From: an uncultured Candidatus Saccharibacteria bacterium
Lineage (GTDB): Bacteria > Patescibacteriota > Minisyncoccia > Minisyncoccales > UBA1441
NCBI GenBank assembly: GCA_964477715.1
Contig: CAYZEC010000011.1
Span: 1 to 54,568, forward strand
Reading direction: 5' to 3'
Length of the DNA: 54,568 bases
The position numbers and the translations under genes are program-made. Positions 39,037 to 48,029 of this stretch are shown here, piece after piece. The notes under the pieces are model-generated. The model was not told where the DNA came from, did not search any database, and saw nothing but the letters and a program-made list of their open reading frames with translations. Position 1 is the stretch's first letter. Every line of letters begins with the position of its first letter.

Positions 39037-39175
39037 TAATTTATTAAAACATTTCCTTGTTTAAAAGAAAATACTGAAAGACTTTCTGATCCTTTTTTAT
39101 TAAATACAAAAATCTATTTAGATAAAAACCATTACCCCCAAAGATAATGGTTTTAATGAATTTAATAAAACAATA

Positions 39176-39397
39176 TTAATTATCGTTTTTCCCCGCTATC
39201 TTAGCGATGCCTATGGTAACAAACACAGCTATGATTGTAACCACAATAGCATAAACAATCATCGCACCCATGGCCTCAGTGGTGCCAAATATCCTTTTAA
39301 AGATGGCCTGGATGGCTCCATTCCATGCCAGAGCAGCGACTAGTCCAAAAGCAGCAATAATCAAGGAAGATATTTTTTCAACAATTTCTTTTTTCAT
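39176..39397 (-). CDS. small two-helix membrane protein (DUF5654-like)
   Basis: 73 aa. IIAAFGLVAALAWNGAIQAIFKRIFG, then a second TM helix. Confidence 0.45.
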   Translation of the reverse strand: MKKEIVEKISSLIIAAFGLVAALAWNGAIQAIFKRIFGTTEAMGAMIVYAIVVTIIAVFVTIGIAKIAGKNDN

Positions 39398-39463
39398 GTT
39401 TTAAAATATTAATTATGATTTATCGTAATAATTATAATGAATATTTATCCAGAATTACATAAT

Positions 39464-39859
39464 TCAAGAAAAATAATTTATGACGAAGTAAGCGATAACT
39501 GAAGTCGAGCCAGCGACTACTGCACCCCAAATTAGATCTACTATCGTTACCGATAAAGACCAGCCTTCGAGCGTCGCTAAATTTGTTAGATCATATGTGG
39601 CATAGGCAACTAAACCCAGCAAAGCCCCCATCCAAAGTGCTTTTAGCCAAGAGGCACTTTCCAAAGAAGGGTTAACTACTAAGATGACTAAACCTACAAT
39701 GAAAACAAGGTAGAAGATAAATGCAGCTATCCAGTTAATATTCGTCTTCATCAAAGACCCTATATGTTGTTGGTAGAAATTCTTGGCTATAAATCCAAGC
39801 CACAAAAAATCAATTGCCAAAAAAATCAACAAAGTAATCAGATATGTTTTTATAAACAT
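39464..39859 (-). CDS. membrane protein (DUF2177-like)
   Basis: 131 aa with four TM helices. N-terminus YLITLLIFLAIDFLWLGFIAKNFYQQHIG. Confidence 0.45.
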   Translation of the reverse strand: MFIKTYLITLLIFLAIDFLWLGFIAKNFYQQHIGSLMKTNINWIAAFIFYLVFIVGLVILVVNPSLESASWLKALWMGALLGLVAYATYDLTNLATLEGWSLSVTIVDLIWGAVVAGSTSVIAYFVINYFS

Positions 39860-39865
39860 GATTTT

Positions 39866-40750
39866 TTATTTTTTAATTTTATTAATAACTTTTAATGCTT
39901 TTAGAGCGCTCGTTTCTTTGTCTTTAATTTCTAGCATAATATCACAATCGAATGGTTTAATTTCTCTTAAATACTTTCCGAAATCATTAAGATCAATGCT
40001 TTCGGCATGTTTGCCCAATCGGCCAAAAGGATCCTGAGAGCTATAATCATTCATCATCACGCCATCCTTCTTTTTCCAAGTCTTCTCAACATCTTTTATC
40101 GCTTTAAACAGGAGTTCGTTGTTATTTAAACAGCAATGATGGAAATAATCAAACAGGATGGGAATTCCTATTTGTTTTGAAATATTCAAACAATCTTTCA
40201 GGGAATACATTCTCTCGTCGTTCTCAATCACTAATCTTTTTTTAATCGAAATGGACAATTTGCGATAACTTGAAACGAATCTCTTGATCGACGCTTCTTT
40301 GTCACCGTAGACTCCTCCAACGTGTATCTGAATTTTCGCAGTCTCGTCTAAATCCATTATGTCTAAAAATTTTACTTGCCATTTTAGCTCCAAAATACTT
40401 CGTTTAATAATTTCTGGATTTAAAGAATTAAGTAAAACAAATTGGTCTGGATGCATTGAAATTCTGATATCATTTTCCTTAATATATTGACCAATAGCTT
40501 CGAGTCTTTTTTTAAAATATTTACCCCAATCAAATAAGTTGATCTCATGTCCAGCAAAAGGAATAATATCTGAGCTAATCCTGAAAAACAAAAATCCTTG
40601 TTTAATGTTGTACTCTAAAATCTTTTCCAAGCAACTTAAATTGTTGTCAACTTTATTAATTAATTTTTCTTCCGAAAAATTAGCCAATCTGAATGTTGAA
40701 TTAGTAGTACACCCAATGCTCCGATTAATACAGGGATATCCTATTTTCAT
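39866..40750 (-). CDS. uvdE: UV DNA damage endonuclease
   Basis: MKIGYPCIN start, TIM-barrel pattern FRISSDIIPF...ISMHPDQF...IQIHVGG...LVIENDE...LFDYFHH. Confidence 0.85.
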   Translation of the reverse strand: MKIGYPCINRSIGCTTNSTFRLANFSEEKLINKVDNNLSCLEKILEYNIKQGFLFFRISSDIIPFAGHEINLFDWGKYFKKRLEAIGQYIKENDIRISMHPDQFVLLNSLNPEIIKRSILELKWQVKFLDIMDLDETAKIQIHVGGVYGDKEASIKRFVSSYRKLSISIKKRLVIENDERMYSLKDCLNISKQIGIPILFDYFHHCCLNNNELLFKAIKDVEKTWKKKDGVMMNDYSSQDPFGRLGKHAESIDLNDFGKYLREIKPFDCDIMLEIKDKETSALKALKVINKIKK

Positions 40751-42051
40751 TTTCCTTTGGAAAAATTTTTAAATGCTTGGTCTACTTGAACTGACTCTTC
40801 TCTAACCTTAACTGCCATCTCGTTAAATCCTTTTAAATAAATATCTTTTAACGAGCGAACCCTTGAAAGAGCGACGTAACCCATCCCCGGTTCAAAACAT
40901 CTCGATAAATCCATCTCAGCCGCATCTAATGTCATGCCCTGACTTTTATGAATAGTGATTGCCCAGGCTAACCTTAGCGGAAGTTGTTGTATGGAAGCCA
41001 AGGACTCCCCTCTTTCATCTTCCATCCGCCAAGTTTCCGGGAATACTTCAATATTTTTGCCTCCCTTAATTTCAACGATGGGATAATCTTTTTGATTAAA
41101 GCCAACAACTGTTCCGAGGGTGCCGTTAATAAAACCTTTTTCAAAATTATTACGAACAAACATCACCAAAGCTCCTTTTTTTAATAATAATTTTTGAGGA
41201 GCTAAACAATTTCGAGAAAGCATTTCGGCTAATTCTGATATGCCAAAGCTACGCATATAATAAACCATTTCTTTTTCTTTGATCTCCGCCAAGCGTCGTC
41301 TATTTACCAGATCAACATCAATATTGTGAGTATAGAGCTTAGTTATATCACTTATAGGGGTTTCAATCTTAATTCTTTCTTCAAGCATTGATCTTTCTTC
41401 TTCCCCAAATTTGTTTTCTCTGATGGCTTCTAATAATTTTAAATGATTCTCGTCAGTTTGTCGCCACTGCTCTTCTAGATAGCAAATCCGTAAACCAAGC
41501 TGGCTCCATGACTTTGAATGATAAGCAAATTGCGAAGAACGTTGATCTCCATTTTTATTTACCGGGGGTAACTGGAAAAAATCACCCGATAAAACTAATT
41601 GAATTTCGCCAAATGGCTTCCAGCTTGTTCGCAAGAGACGAATAATTTCGCTAGCAATATCGAAATGACGCGCCGAAAGCATTGATATTTCATCGATGAT
41701 TAAAACCTGACTATCCGCAACTCTTTCTTTAACTAGCTTTCTTTTGATAATTTTTTTAATATCTCTGTCTCTCAATTCAGTTAAAACACCCATGCCTGAC
41801 CAGGCATGGATTGTCATCCCATCAAGATGAGTTGCAGCAATTCCAGTTGAAGCCGTGATCCCAACCGGGATATCCTTTTTCCGCAAAAATTTTATGTATT
41901 CATTCAAAACATGAGTTTTCCCGCTTCCGGCTCGGCCGGTTAAAAAAACATTTTGCCCACTTTTTAAAATTTTAAGCGCTTCTTTTTGATTCAATTTATT
42001 CGTTGGTTTACTTTTATTTCTTAGGTTATTTATTGTAAGGCAAAATATCAC
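40747..42051 (-). CDS. Pif1/RecD-like SF1B DNA helicase
   Basis: Walker A GRAGSGKTHVL, Walker B LIIDEISML, GDFFQLPPV, and C-terminal AITIHKSQGMTLD...GMGYVALSRV. The track start is GTG, and a TTG start about 20 codons downstream is also possible. Confidence 0.85.
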   Translation of the reverse strand: MIFCLTINNLRNKSKPTNKLNQKEALKILKSGQNVFLTGRAGSGKTHVLNEYIKFLRKKDIPVGITASTGIAATHLDGMTIHAWSGMGVLTELRDRDIKKIIKRKLVKERVADSQVLIIDEISMLSARHFDIASEIIRLLRTSWKPFGEIQLVLSGDFFQLPPVNKNGDQRSSQFAYHSKSWSQLGLRICYLEEQWRQTDENHLKLLEAIRENKFGEEERSMLEERIKIETPISDITKLYTHNIDVDLVNRRRLAEIKEKEMVYYMRSFGISELAEMLSRNCLAPQKLLLKKGALVMFVRNNFEKGFINGTLGTVVGFNQKDYPIVEIKGGKNIEVFPETWRMEDERGESLASIQQLPLRLAWAITIHKSQGMTLDAAEMDLSRCFEPGMGYVALSRVRSLKDIYLKGFNEMAVKVREESVQVDQAFKNFSKGK

Positions 42052-42297
42052 TAAAAGCTAACCTCTGATTAAATATTTAATAAATTATCCTCACTAAACT
42101 ATTGAATACTTAACGAGAAGTGGCACATTGCTGACTCCCCGAGAAGCTGTTAAATATAAAAGGACTCATTCCTCCTTGCTTTCTTGTTGACAGAGAAAGA
42201 CGCTTTATGCTTACGCCTTTTCATGATTTAGCGTTAAGCTATTTTGAAATAGCCAAAATCTTTAGAGATCTTTTCGGCCCTTAAATTAATATTAGCT

Positions 42298-42711
42298 CTA
42301 GTAATATTTTTTAACTCCTACGATATTGCCGCTTAACCATCCATGGAAAGTAGTATTTTTTATAATTATTGTCGGTAATTGCAACAATAACATATTAACT
42401 AAAAACAAATCGAACGGGAAATAAGCATAAAATAATAAAGTTGAAAAACTTAAAGTATATAGAATTATAAAAACAAAATAATTAAAAAAAGAATAATCCT
42501 TTTTCCAATAAGTTTTTAATATAATCATTCCCAAACATCTATTATTATTAAATAATAAAAATAAAAGATTATAGATAAAAAATATTAATACCAATAATAA
42601 TCTCCACTCCATATTAATCAAAAACAACAAAGGAATGAAGATAGCTAAAACAAAAGAAACATTTATTATTGAAGCCAAGAGTTTTTCATGCCAATAAGTT
42701 ATTCTTTCCAT
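42298..42711 (-). CDS. hypothetical polytopic membrane protein
   Basis: 137 aa, about four very AT-rich hydrophobic helices. No motif recognised. Confidence 0.45.
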   Translation of the reverse strand: MERITYWHEKLLASIINVSFVLAIFIPLLFLINMEWRLLLVLIFFIYNLLFLLFNNNRCLGMIILKTYWKKDYSFFNYFVFIILYTLSFSTLLFYAYFPFDLFLVNMLLLQLPTIIIKNTTFHGWLSGNIVGVKKYY

Positions 42712-42774
42712 GGCGTATAATTACAACAAAAAATCTTCTGTGTTTATTTTTTTCTTGACCGTTAATAAAAATTG

Positions 42775-42845
42775 TTGCCGGACAGGGACTCGAACCCCGA
42801 TTTTTGGGACCAAAACCCAACGTCCTACCATTAGACGATCCGGCA
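42775..42845 (-). tRNA. tRNA-Gln (anticodon UUG)
   Basis: Reverse complement TGCCGGATCGTCTAATGGTAGGACGTTGGGTTTTGGTCCCAAAAATCGGGGTTCGAGTCCCTGTCCGGCAA. U1-A72 acceptor, anticodon stem TTGGG/CCCAA, loop TTTTGGT. Confidence 0.9.
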
Positions 42846-43955
42846 TTATTCTTTAATACTACGAACAACTGCTAATTCTAGCGGTAACAAAGAAATCGAA
42901 CTGTCGTAAGTTTTTCTTTGCGCCTCTAAAAACAAATCAATTATGGAACATAATTTTTGCTGTGTAAACCCCTGACCCTGCTTCTTCATTCCCTCTTTCT
43001 CTTCTGAAGAAAGATCCATCATCTCAAAACTATCGAAAGAAGGATTAATCTGAAAAAGCAAAACATAACGCAAATAGTTAACCATAGCCCGACCTAATTC
43101 AATCGGGCTAATTCCTTGTCCAGATAGATTATTCAAAAAGATTATCGCTTTTCCTGTTTCTTTGGCCAAAATCAAATCAATTAATTCTGAAACCTTCTCT
43201 ACTTCAATTAAGCCTAGCAATCCCCTAACTTCTTCTATTTTCAATATTGGTTTTTTATGAGAAAGAGCCAAGGTTAAACAAGCATCCAATAAACTTTGCG
43301 CATTGCGTAAAGAACCTTGAGCGCTTTGAGCAATTAAGGAGATGGCCTCTGGCTCAAAGCTTATTTTTTCTAATTCAGCAATATGCGCTAACTGCCCCTT
43401 GATCTCTTCTAGAGATAAATTATGAAAATCAAAACGCTGGCAACGAGAGACGATCGTGGGCAACATATTATAAACTTCAGTTGTAGCTAAAATAAAAACA
43501 GCATGAGCCGGTGGCTCTTCGAGAGTTTTCAATAAAGCGTTAACTGCATCTTTGGTCAATCGATGACTTTCGTCTAAAATAAGAACTTTGTACTGACTTT
43601 TAATCGGCAAAAAATTAATATCTTCCCGAAGTTGTCTAATGTCATCGATCCCTCGATTAGAAGCCGCATCTATCTCAATCAGATCAATCGCTCGACCATT
43701 ATTAATATCTAAACAAGAGTCACATTTATTACATGGCTCAAATTGACCCGGTTTACGATTTTGACAATTAATCGCCTTAGCCAATAAGCGAGCCATGCTT
43801 GTTTTGCCTGTTCCTTTCGGTCCATCAAACAAATAAGCATGCGAAATAATATCTTGGCTGACTGCAGCTGAAATAGCATCAACAATATGTTTTTGCCCAA
43901 CAAAATCAGAAAATTGCTGAGGTCGATATTTGCGATATAAAGCCAAATGAGACAT
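42846..43955 (-). CDS. dnaX: DNA polymerase III subunit gamma/tau (short form)
   Basis: GPKGTGKTSMARLLAKAINC, zinc module CNKCDSC, VLILDESHRLT and SRCQRF. Confidence 0.9.
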   Translation of the reverse strand: MSHLALYRKYRPQQFSDFVGQKHIVDAISAAVSQDIISHAYLFDGPKGTGKTSMARLLAKAINCQNRKPGQFEPCNKCDSCLDINNGRAIDLIEIDAASNRGIDDIRQLREDINFLPIKSQYKVLILDESHRLTKDAVNALLKTLEEPPAHAVFILATTEVYNMLPTIVSRCQRFDFHNLSLEEIKGQLAHIAELEKISFEPEAISLIAQSAQGSLRNAQSLLDACLTLALSHKKPILKIEEVRGLLGLIEVEKVSELIDLILAKETGKAIIFLNNLSGQGISPIELGRAMVNYLRYVLLFQINPSFDSFEMMDLSSEEKEGMKKQGQGFTQQKLCSIIDLFLEAQRKTYDSSISLLPLELAVVRSIKE

Positions 43956-44028
43956 AATTAAACAAAATCATGATAGCAGTAAAAAATAGCTGAATCAAAT
44001 AAATTTATTTTGTGATAAAATAATAACG

Positions 44029-45459
44029 ATGAATCTTTATAATACTTTAACTAAAAAACAAGAAAAATTAAAACCTGTTAACCCCCCTCACGTCACTATA
44101 TATAACTGCGGACCAACTGTTTATCGCTTTCCCCATATTGGTAATTGGCGGACCTTTCTTGTAAGTGATTTATTAAGAAGATCTCTTGACTATTTGGGTT
44201 ATCAAACCAAGCAAGTAATGAATATAACCGATGTTGGCCATTTAACTTCTGATGCCGATACTGGGGTCGATAAAATTGAACGAGAAGCCGAAAAAGAAAG
44301 CAAGGCCGCATACGAAATAACAGAATTTTACTTGCAATCATTTTTAGATGATGGTCGATTGCTCAATATTAAAGCTCCTCATGTTATGCCTCGAGCCAGT
44401 GAACATATCGCTGACATGATCGAATTAATAAAAAAATTAGAAGACAAAGGCTATACCTATCAAACTAGCGACGGTCTTTATTTTGATACTTCTAAATTTA
44501 CTCGCTACGGTAGCCTTTCTGGCCAGAAATTAGAACAAAAGAAGGCTGGAGCTAGAATTGAACTTTCTGATGAAAAAAGAAATCCTACTGATTTTGCTCT
44601 TTGGAAATTCTCCCCAAAAGAAGTTAAGCGTCAGCAAGAATGGCCCTCTCCTTGGGGAACCGGTTTCCCTGGTTGGCACATTGAATGCTCTGCTCTTTCT
44701 CGGAAGTATTTAGGGCAACCTTTCGATATCCATACGGGCGGGATAGACTTAATCGGTGTTCACCACGAAAATGAAATTGCTCAATCAGAAGCGGCCTATA
44801 ACAAGCCTTTGGCGAAAACTTGGCTTCATATTGAATTTTTACAAATGGGACAGGCCAAAATGTCAAAGTCTTTGGGCAATTTCATCACGATTAAAGATTT
44901 GATTGAAAAAGAATATGATCCTTTGGCCTACCGATTATTAGTCTTAGGGGCTCATTATCAAAGTAAGCAAAACTTTACCTGGAAATCGATGGATCAGGCT
45001 CAAAGAAATTTAGAAAAAATTCGGCAAACGGCCAAAAGACTATATGAATGCTCAAGTATAAATAAACACAAACAAAAAATAGATCTTGCTCGTTATCGAC
45101 GTGAATTCAAAAAGCATTTAAAAGATAATCTTGATTTTCCCAAAATCATGGCTTTAATCTTTGATTTCTTGGGTGAAAACAATCGATTAATCGACCAGGA
45201 ACAGATGAATTTGGAAAATGCCCAAAAATCATTAGAGCTCTTAATCGAATGGGATCAAGTTTTGGGCCTTAAAATTAAAGAATCTGCTCGAGAAAAACAA
45301 TCGGTCCCCAGAAAGATTGAAATGTTGGTTGAGCAAAGAGAGCATTTTCGCCAAACCAAACAATGGGTTGAAGCAGATAAAATTCGTCATCAAATTGAAG
45401 AACTTGGTTATAAAGTAGAAGATGGTGATTCCGGACCAAAAATAACTGCTTCAAGCTAA
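44029..45459 (+). CDS. cysS: cysteinyl-tRNA synthetase
   Basis: [13 protein letters not shown] (HIGH), WHIECSA and KMSKSLGN. Confidence 0.95.
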   Translation: MNLYNTLTKKQEKLKPVNPPHVTIYNCGPTVYRFPHIGNWRTFLVSDLLRRSLDYLGYQTKQVMNITDVGHLTSDADTGVDKIEREAEKESKAAYEITEFYLQSFLDDGRLLNIKAPHVMPRASEHIADMIELIKKLEDKGYTYQTSDGLYFDTSKFTRYGSLSGQKLEQKKAGARIELSDEKRNPTDFALWKFSPKEVKRQQEWPSPWGTGFPGWHIECSALSRKYLGQPFDIHTGGIDLIGVHHENEIAQSEAAYNKPLAKTWLHIEFLQMGQAKMSKSLGNFITIKDLIEKEYDPLAYRLLVLGAHYQSKQNFTWKSMDQAQRNLEKIRQTAKRLYECSSINKHKQKIDLARYRREFKKHLKDNLDFPKIMALIFDFLGENNRLIDQEQMNLENAQKSLELLIEWDQVLGLKIKESAREKQSVPRKIEMLVEQREHFRQTKQWVEADKIRHQIEELGYKVEDGDSGPKITASS

Positions 45460-45538
45460 ATCCTTTTCTATTGATGTTTTCTAGCTTAAAACAAAGAAAA
45501 ATTGATTTCTTTAATCTTTGAAGATAGAATAAGCAAGT

Positions 45539-46906
45539 ATGCCTCAAAATACTCCTAGCCAATTACCACCTCAAAATAAAGAAGCTGAAGTTTGTTTATT
45601 GGGGAGCTTAATGATTGATGTTAGTGCCATCATCCGTGTAGCCGATTTTTTGTTAATTGAAGATTTTTATTATCCCGAACATCAAAAAATATATCAGGTT
45701 ATGCTGGATCTATTCCAACGAAATGTCCCGATTGATATTATTAGCGTTGCTAATACTTTAAAAGAAAAAGAGTCTTTAGATAGAATAGGTGGCCAGGCCT
45801 ATCTTTCTGAATTAGTTAGCTCAGTTCCAACAGCTAGCAATATCAATAATTATGCTACGATCATCCAAAAGAAAAGGATCTTGAGAGATTTGATCAGCGC
45901 TTCTCACGAAATTGGTGCCATTGCTCGGAATGAAGCCGAGGATAGCGATGTCTTATTGGATCAAGTTGAAAAAAGGATTTTCGGTATTGCTCAAAAGTCA
46001 CTTACCCAAAGATTTCATCCCATTCGCGAAGGTTTGGAAAAAACATTTGACCGAATTGATCAGCTTTCAAAGCATAAAGGAAGTTTACGTGGATTAGCTA
46101 CCGGATTTACGAAACTAGACAATATGTTAGCGGGGTTACAAAAGTCAGATTTAATAATTCTAGCCGCTCGTCCCAGCATGGGAAAAAGTGCCTTAGCTTT
46201 AGATATTGCCAGAAATGCAGCTGTTTTTGGAAAAATACCAGTTGGTATCTTCAGCCTAGAAATGTCTCAAGATCAAATCATCGATCGGATGCTCGCCAGT
46301 CAAGCTAATGTTGATTTATGGAAATTAAGGACAGGGCGACTTTCTGAAAAAGGTGAAGAAAATGATTTCGCTCGAATCCAAACTGCTTTAGGCACTTTGG
46401 CTGAAGCTCCGATATTCATTGATGATAGCTCAGGTATTAACATTCTCCAGATGAGAGCCATGGCTCGGCGCCTACAAGCTAATTATGGCTTAGGTCTTTT
46501 GATCGTTGATTATTTGCAATTAATGTATCCGATGAATTCAATGCAACCAATGGTTCAGCAAGTGACTGAAAACTCACGCGCCTTGAAAGGAATTGCTAAA
46601 GAATTAGACATTCCTGTTTTAGTTCTCTCTCAGCTTTCTCGAGCCGTTGAACAAAGAACCCCTCACCGCCCTCGACTTTCTGATCTGCGAGAAAGTGGAA
46701 GTATTGAACAAGACGCCGATGTTGTTATGTTTATTTATCGCGAAGATTTTTATAAAGAAAATCCATCTCAAGAAAATATTGCCGATATAATTGTTGCCAA
46801 ACATCGCAATGGCCCAGTCGGTCAAGCCTCTCTCTATTTTGACGGACCTCGAGTTACTTTCCGCAATCTCGAAGAAAGTTCCTTTGAACAACAAGATGCT
46901 TTCTAA
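45539..46906 (+). CDS. dnaB: replicative DNA helicase DnaB
   Basis: LPPQNKEAEVCLLGSLM, Walker A ARPSMGKSALAL, Walker B LLIVDYLQLM, and LSQLSRAVEQR. Confidence 0.95.
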   Translation: MPQNTPSQLPPQNKEAEVCLLGSLMIDVSAIIRVADFLLIEDFYYPEHQKIYQVMLDLFQRNVPIDIISVANTLKEKESLDRIGGQAYLSELVSSVPTASNINNYATIIQKKRILRDLISASHEIGAIARNEAEDSDVLLDQVEKRIFGIAQKSLTQRFHPIREGLEKTFDRIDQLSKHKGSLRGLATGFTKLDNMLAGLQKSDLIILAARPSMGKSALALDIARNAAVFGKIPVGIFSLEMSQDQIIDRMLASQANVDLWKLRTGRLSEKGEENDFARIQTALGTLAEAPIFIDDSSGINILQMRAMARRLQANYGLGLLIVDYLQLMYPMNSMQPMVQQVTENSRALKGIAKELDIPVLVLSQLSRAVEQRTPHRPRLSDLRESGSIEQDADVVMFIYREDFYKENPSQENIADIIVAKHRNGPVGQASLYFDGPRVTFRNLEESSFEQQDAF

Positions 46907-47498
46907 CAGTCTCAACCGATTAATTAGCGAACTGCTGAAATGGCCAGGAGTTGGATTAAGAACGGCCACTCGTTATGCCCTCTACCTGTCTCATCTTGAG
47001 ACAGAAGAGAGAGATATTTTATTAAAATCTATCCAGGATTTAGAGAAGATAAGATTGTGTGATTTTTGTTATTATCCTTTTGATAATAATTCAGACGAAA
47101 ATCTTTGTTCTATTTGTCGAGACAGTCAAAGAAATCAAAAAATCATCTGCGTTATTGAGAAAGAGACTGATTTGAATGCTATTGAAGAAACCGGAGATTA
47201 TCGTGGTCGATATTTGATTATTGGGCCAGCTGTTCTTTGGTTCGAAACAGACAAATTTAAGCCTCGAGCTCAAAAATTGGTTAAGCACTTAAAAGAAAAC
47301 GATTTTCAAGAAGTTATCTTAGCTATCAATCCAACCACCGAGGGATTGGCTCTAAATAGTTATTTAAAAAATTTGATTCAGAAATATTATCCTGAAATAA
47401 AAATAACCACCCCCAGGCAAGGATTGCCTCGAGGAGCTGAATTAGAGTACGCTGACTCAGAAACATTAAAAAGCGCTTTACGCGAAAGGACTAGTTAG
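46896..47498 (+). CDS. recR: recombination protein RecR
   Basis: I start at ATG 46896 (MLSNSLNRLISELLKWPGVGLRTATRYALYL, helix-hairpin-helix). C4 zinc finger CDFC...CSIC and Toprim ICVIEKETD. The track ORF start at 46791 lies inside dnaB. Confidence 0.9.
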   Translation: MLSNSLNRLISELLKWPGVGLRTATRYALYLSHLETEERDILLKSIQDLEKIRLCDFCYYPFDNNSDENLCSICRDSQRNQKIICVIEKETDLNAIEETGDYRGRYLIIGPAVLWFETDKFKPRAQKLVKHLKENDFQEVILAINPTTEGLALNSYLKNLIQKYYPEIKITTPRQGLPRGAELEYADSETLKSALRERTS

Positions 47499-47806
47499 TT
47501 CTTAATATCGGTAATCTCAACTTCTGTAAATGATTGACGATGGCCTGTTTTTTTCTGATAACGTTTCTTTGCGTTATACTTCAGAATTGTTACTTTTGGG
47601 CTTTTGCCTTGAACCAAAACCTTCCCCTCTACCGAAGCTCCCTTAATCAAGGGTTGGCCAATAACTGCATCCTTCCCGTCATCAATCATCAAAACTTGGT
47701 CAAATTTAACTTTTGCCCCTTCTTCTTTATCTAGCTTCTCAACCTTAACGCGACTACCCGCTGAGACTAAATATTGTTTTCCGCCTGTTTCGATAATAGC
47801 AAACAT
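47495..47806 (-). CDS. rplU: ribosomal protein bL21
   Basis: MFAIIETGGKQYLVSAGSRVKVEKL...KKRYQKKTGHRQ. Confidence 0.92.
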   Translation of the reverse strand: MFAIIETGGKQYLVSAGSRVKVEKLDKEEGAKVKFDQVLMIDDGKDAVIGQPLIKGASVEGKVLVQGKSPKVTILKYNAKKRYQKKTGHRQSFTEVEITDIKN

Positions 47807-47925
47807 ATTTAAATAAAAATAAAAAAATGTGATCTAATCACTATTCAATAATAACTCATTATACAGAAACTTTCAAATTTTCATATAGCCCGAAAGTCTT
47901 CAGATAAGCCACCCCTAAAACAAAG

Positions 47926-47997
47926 TAGCCCCGACGGGATTCGAACCCGTGTGACATGGCTGAGAACCATGTATCCTAACCACTAGATGACGGGGCC
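47926..47997 (-). tRNA. tRNA-Glu (anticodon CUC)
   Basis: Reverse complement GGCCCCGTCATCTAGTGGTTAGGATACATGGTTCTCAGCCATGTCACACGGGTTCGAATCCCGTCGGGGCTA. Anticodon stem CATGG/CCATG, loop TTCTCAG. Confidence 0.9.
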
Positions 47998-48029
47998 TCA
48001 AACAAATAACATTGTATCATCGAACCGGA

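Noticed and set aside
42686-42868. 60-aa - strand ORF.
   Set aside because: It overlaps tRNA-Gln (42775-42845) almost entirely.
43956-44028. Divergent dnaX/cysS intergenic region as a possible replication origin.
   Set aside because: It is only 73 bp, has no DnaA boxes, and is better explained as a pair of back-to-back promoters.
46791-46895. N-terminal 35 codons of the track recR ORF. Similar track extensions occur at 3169-3210 (rpmA) and 51290-51304 (mraZ).
   Set aside because: The extensions run into the preceding gene or use TTG/GTG starts. Conserved N-termini (MLSNSL.., MSKK.., MFIGEY..) begin at internal ATGs.
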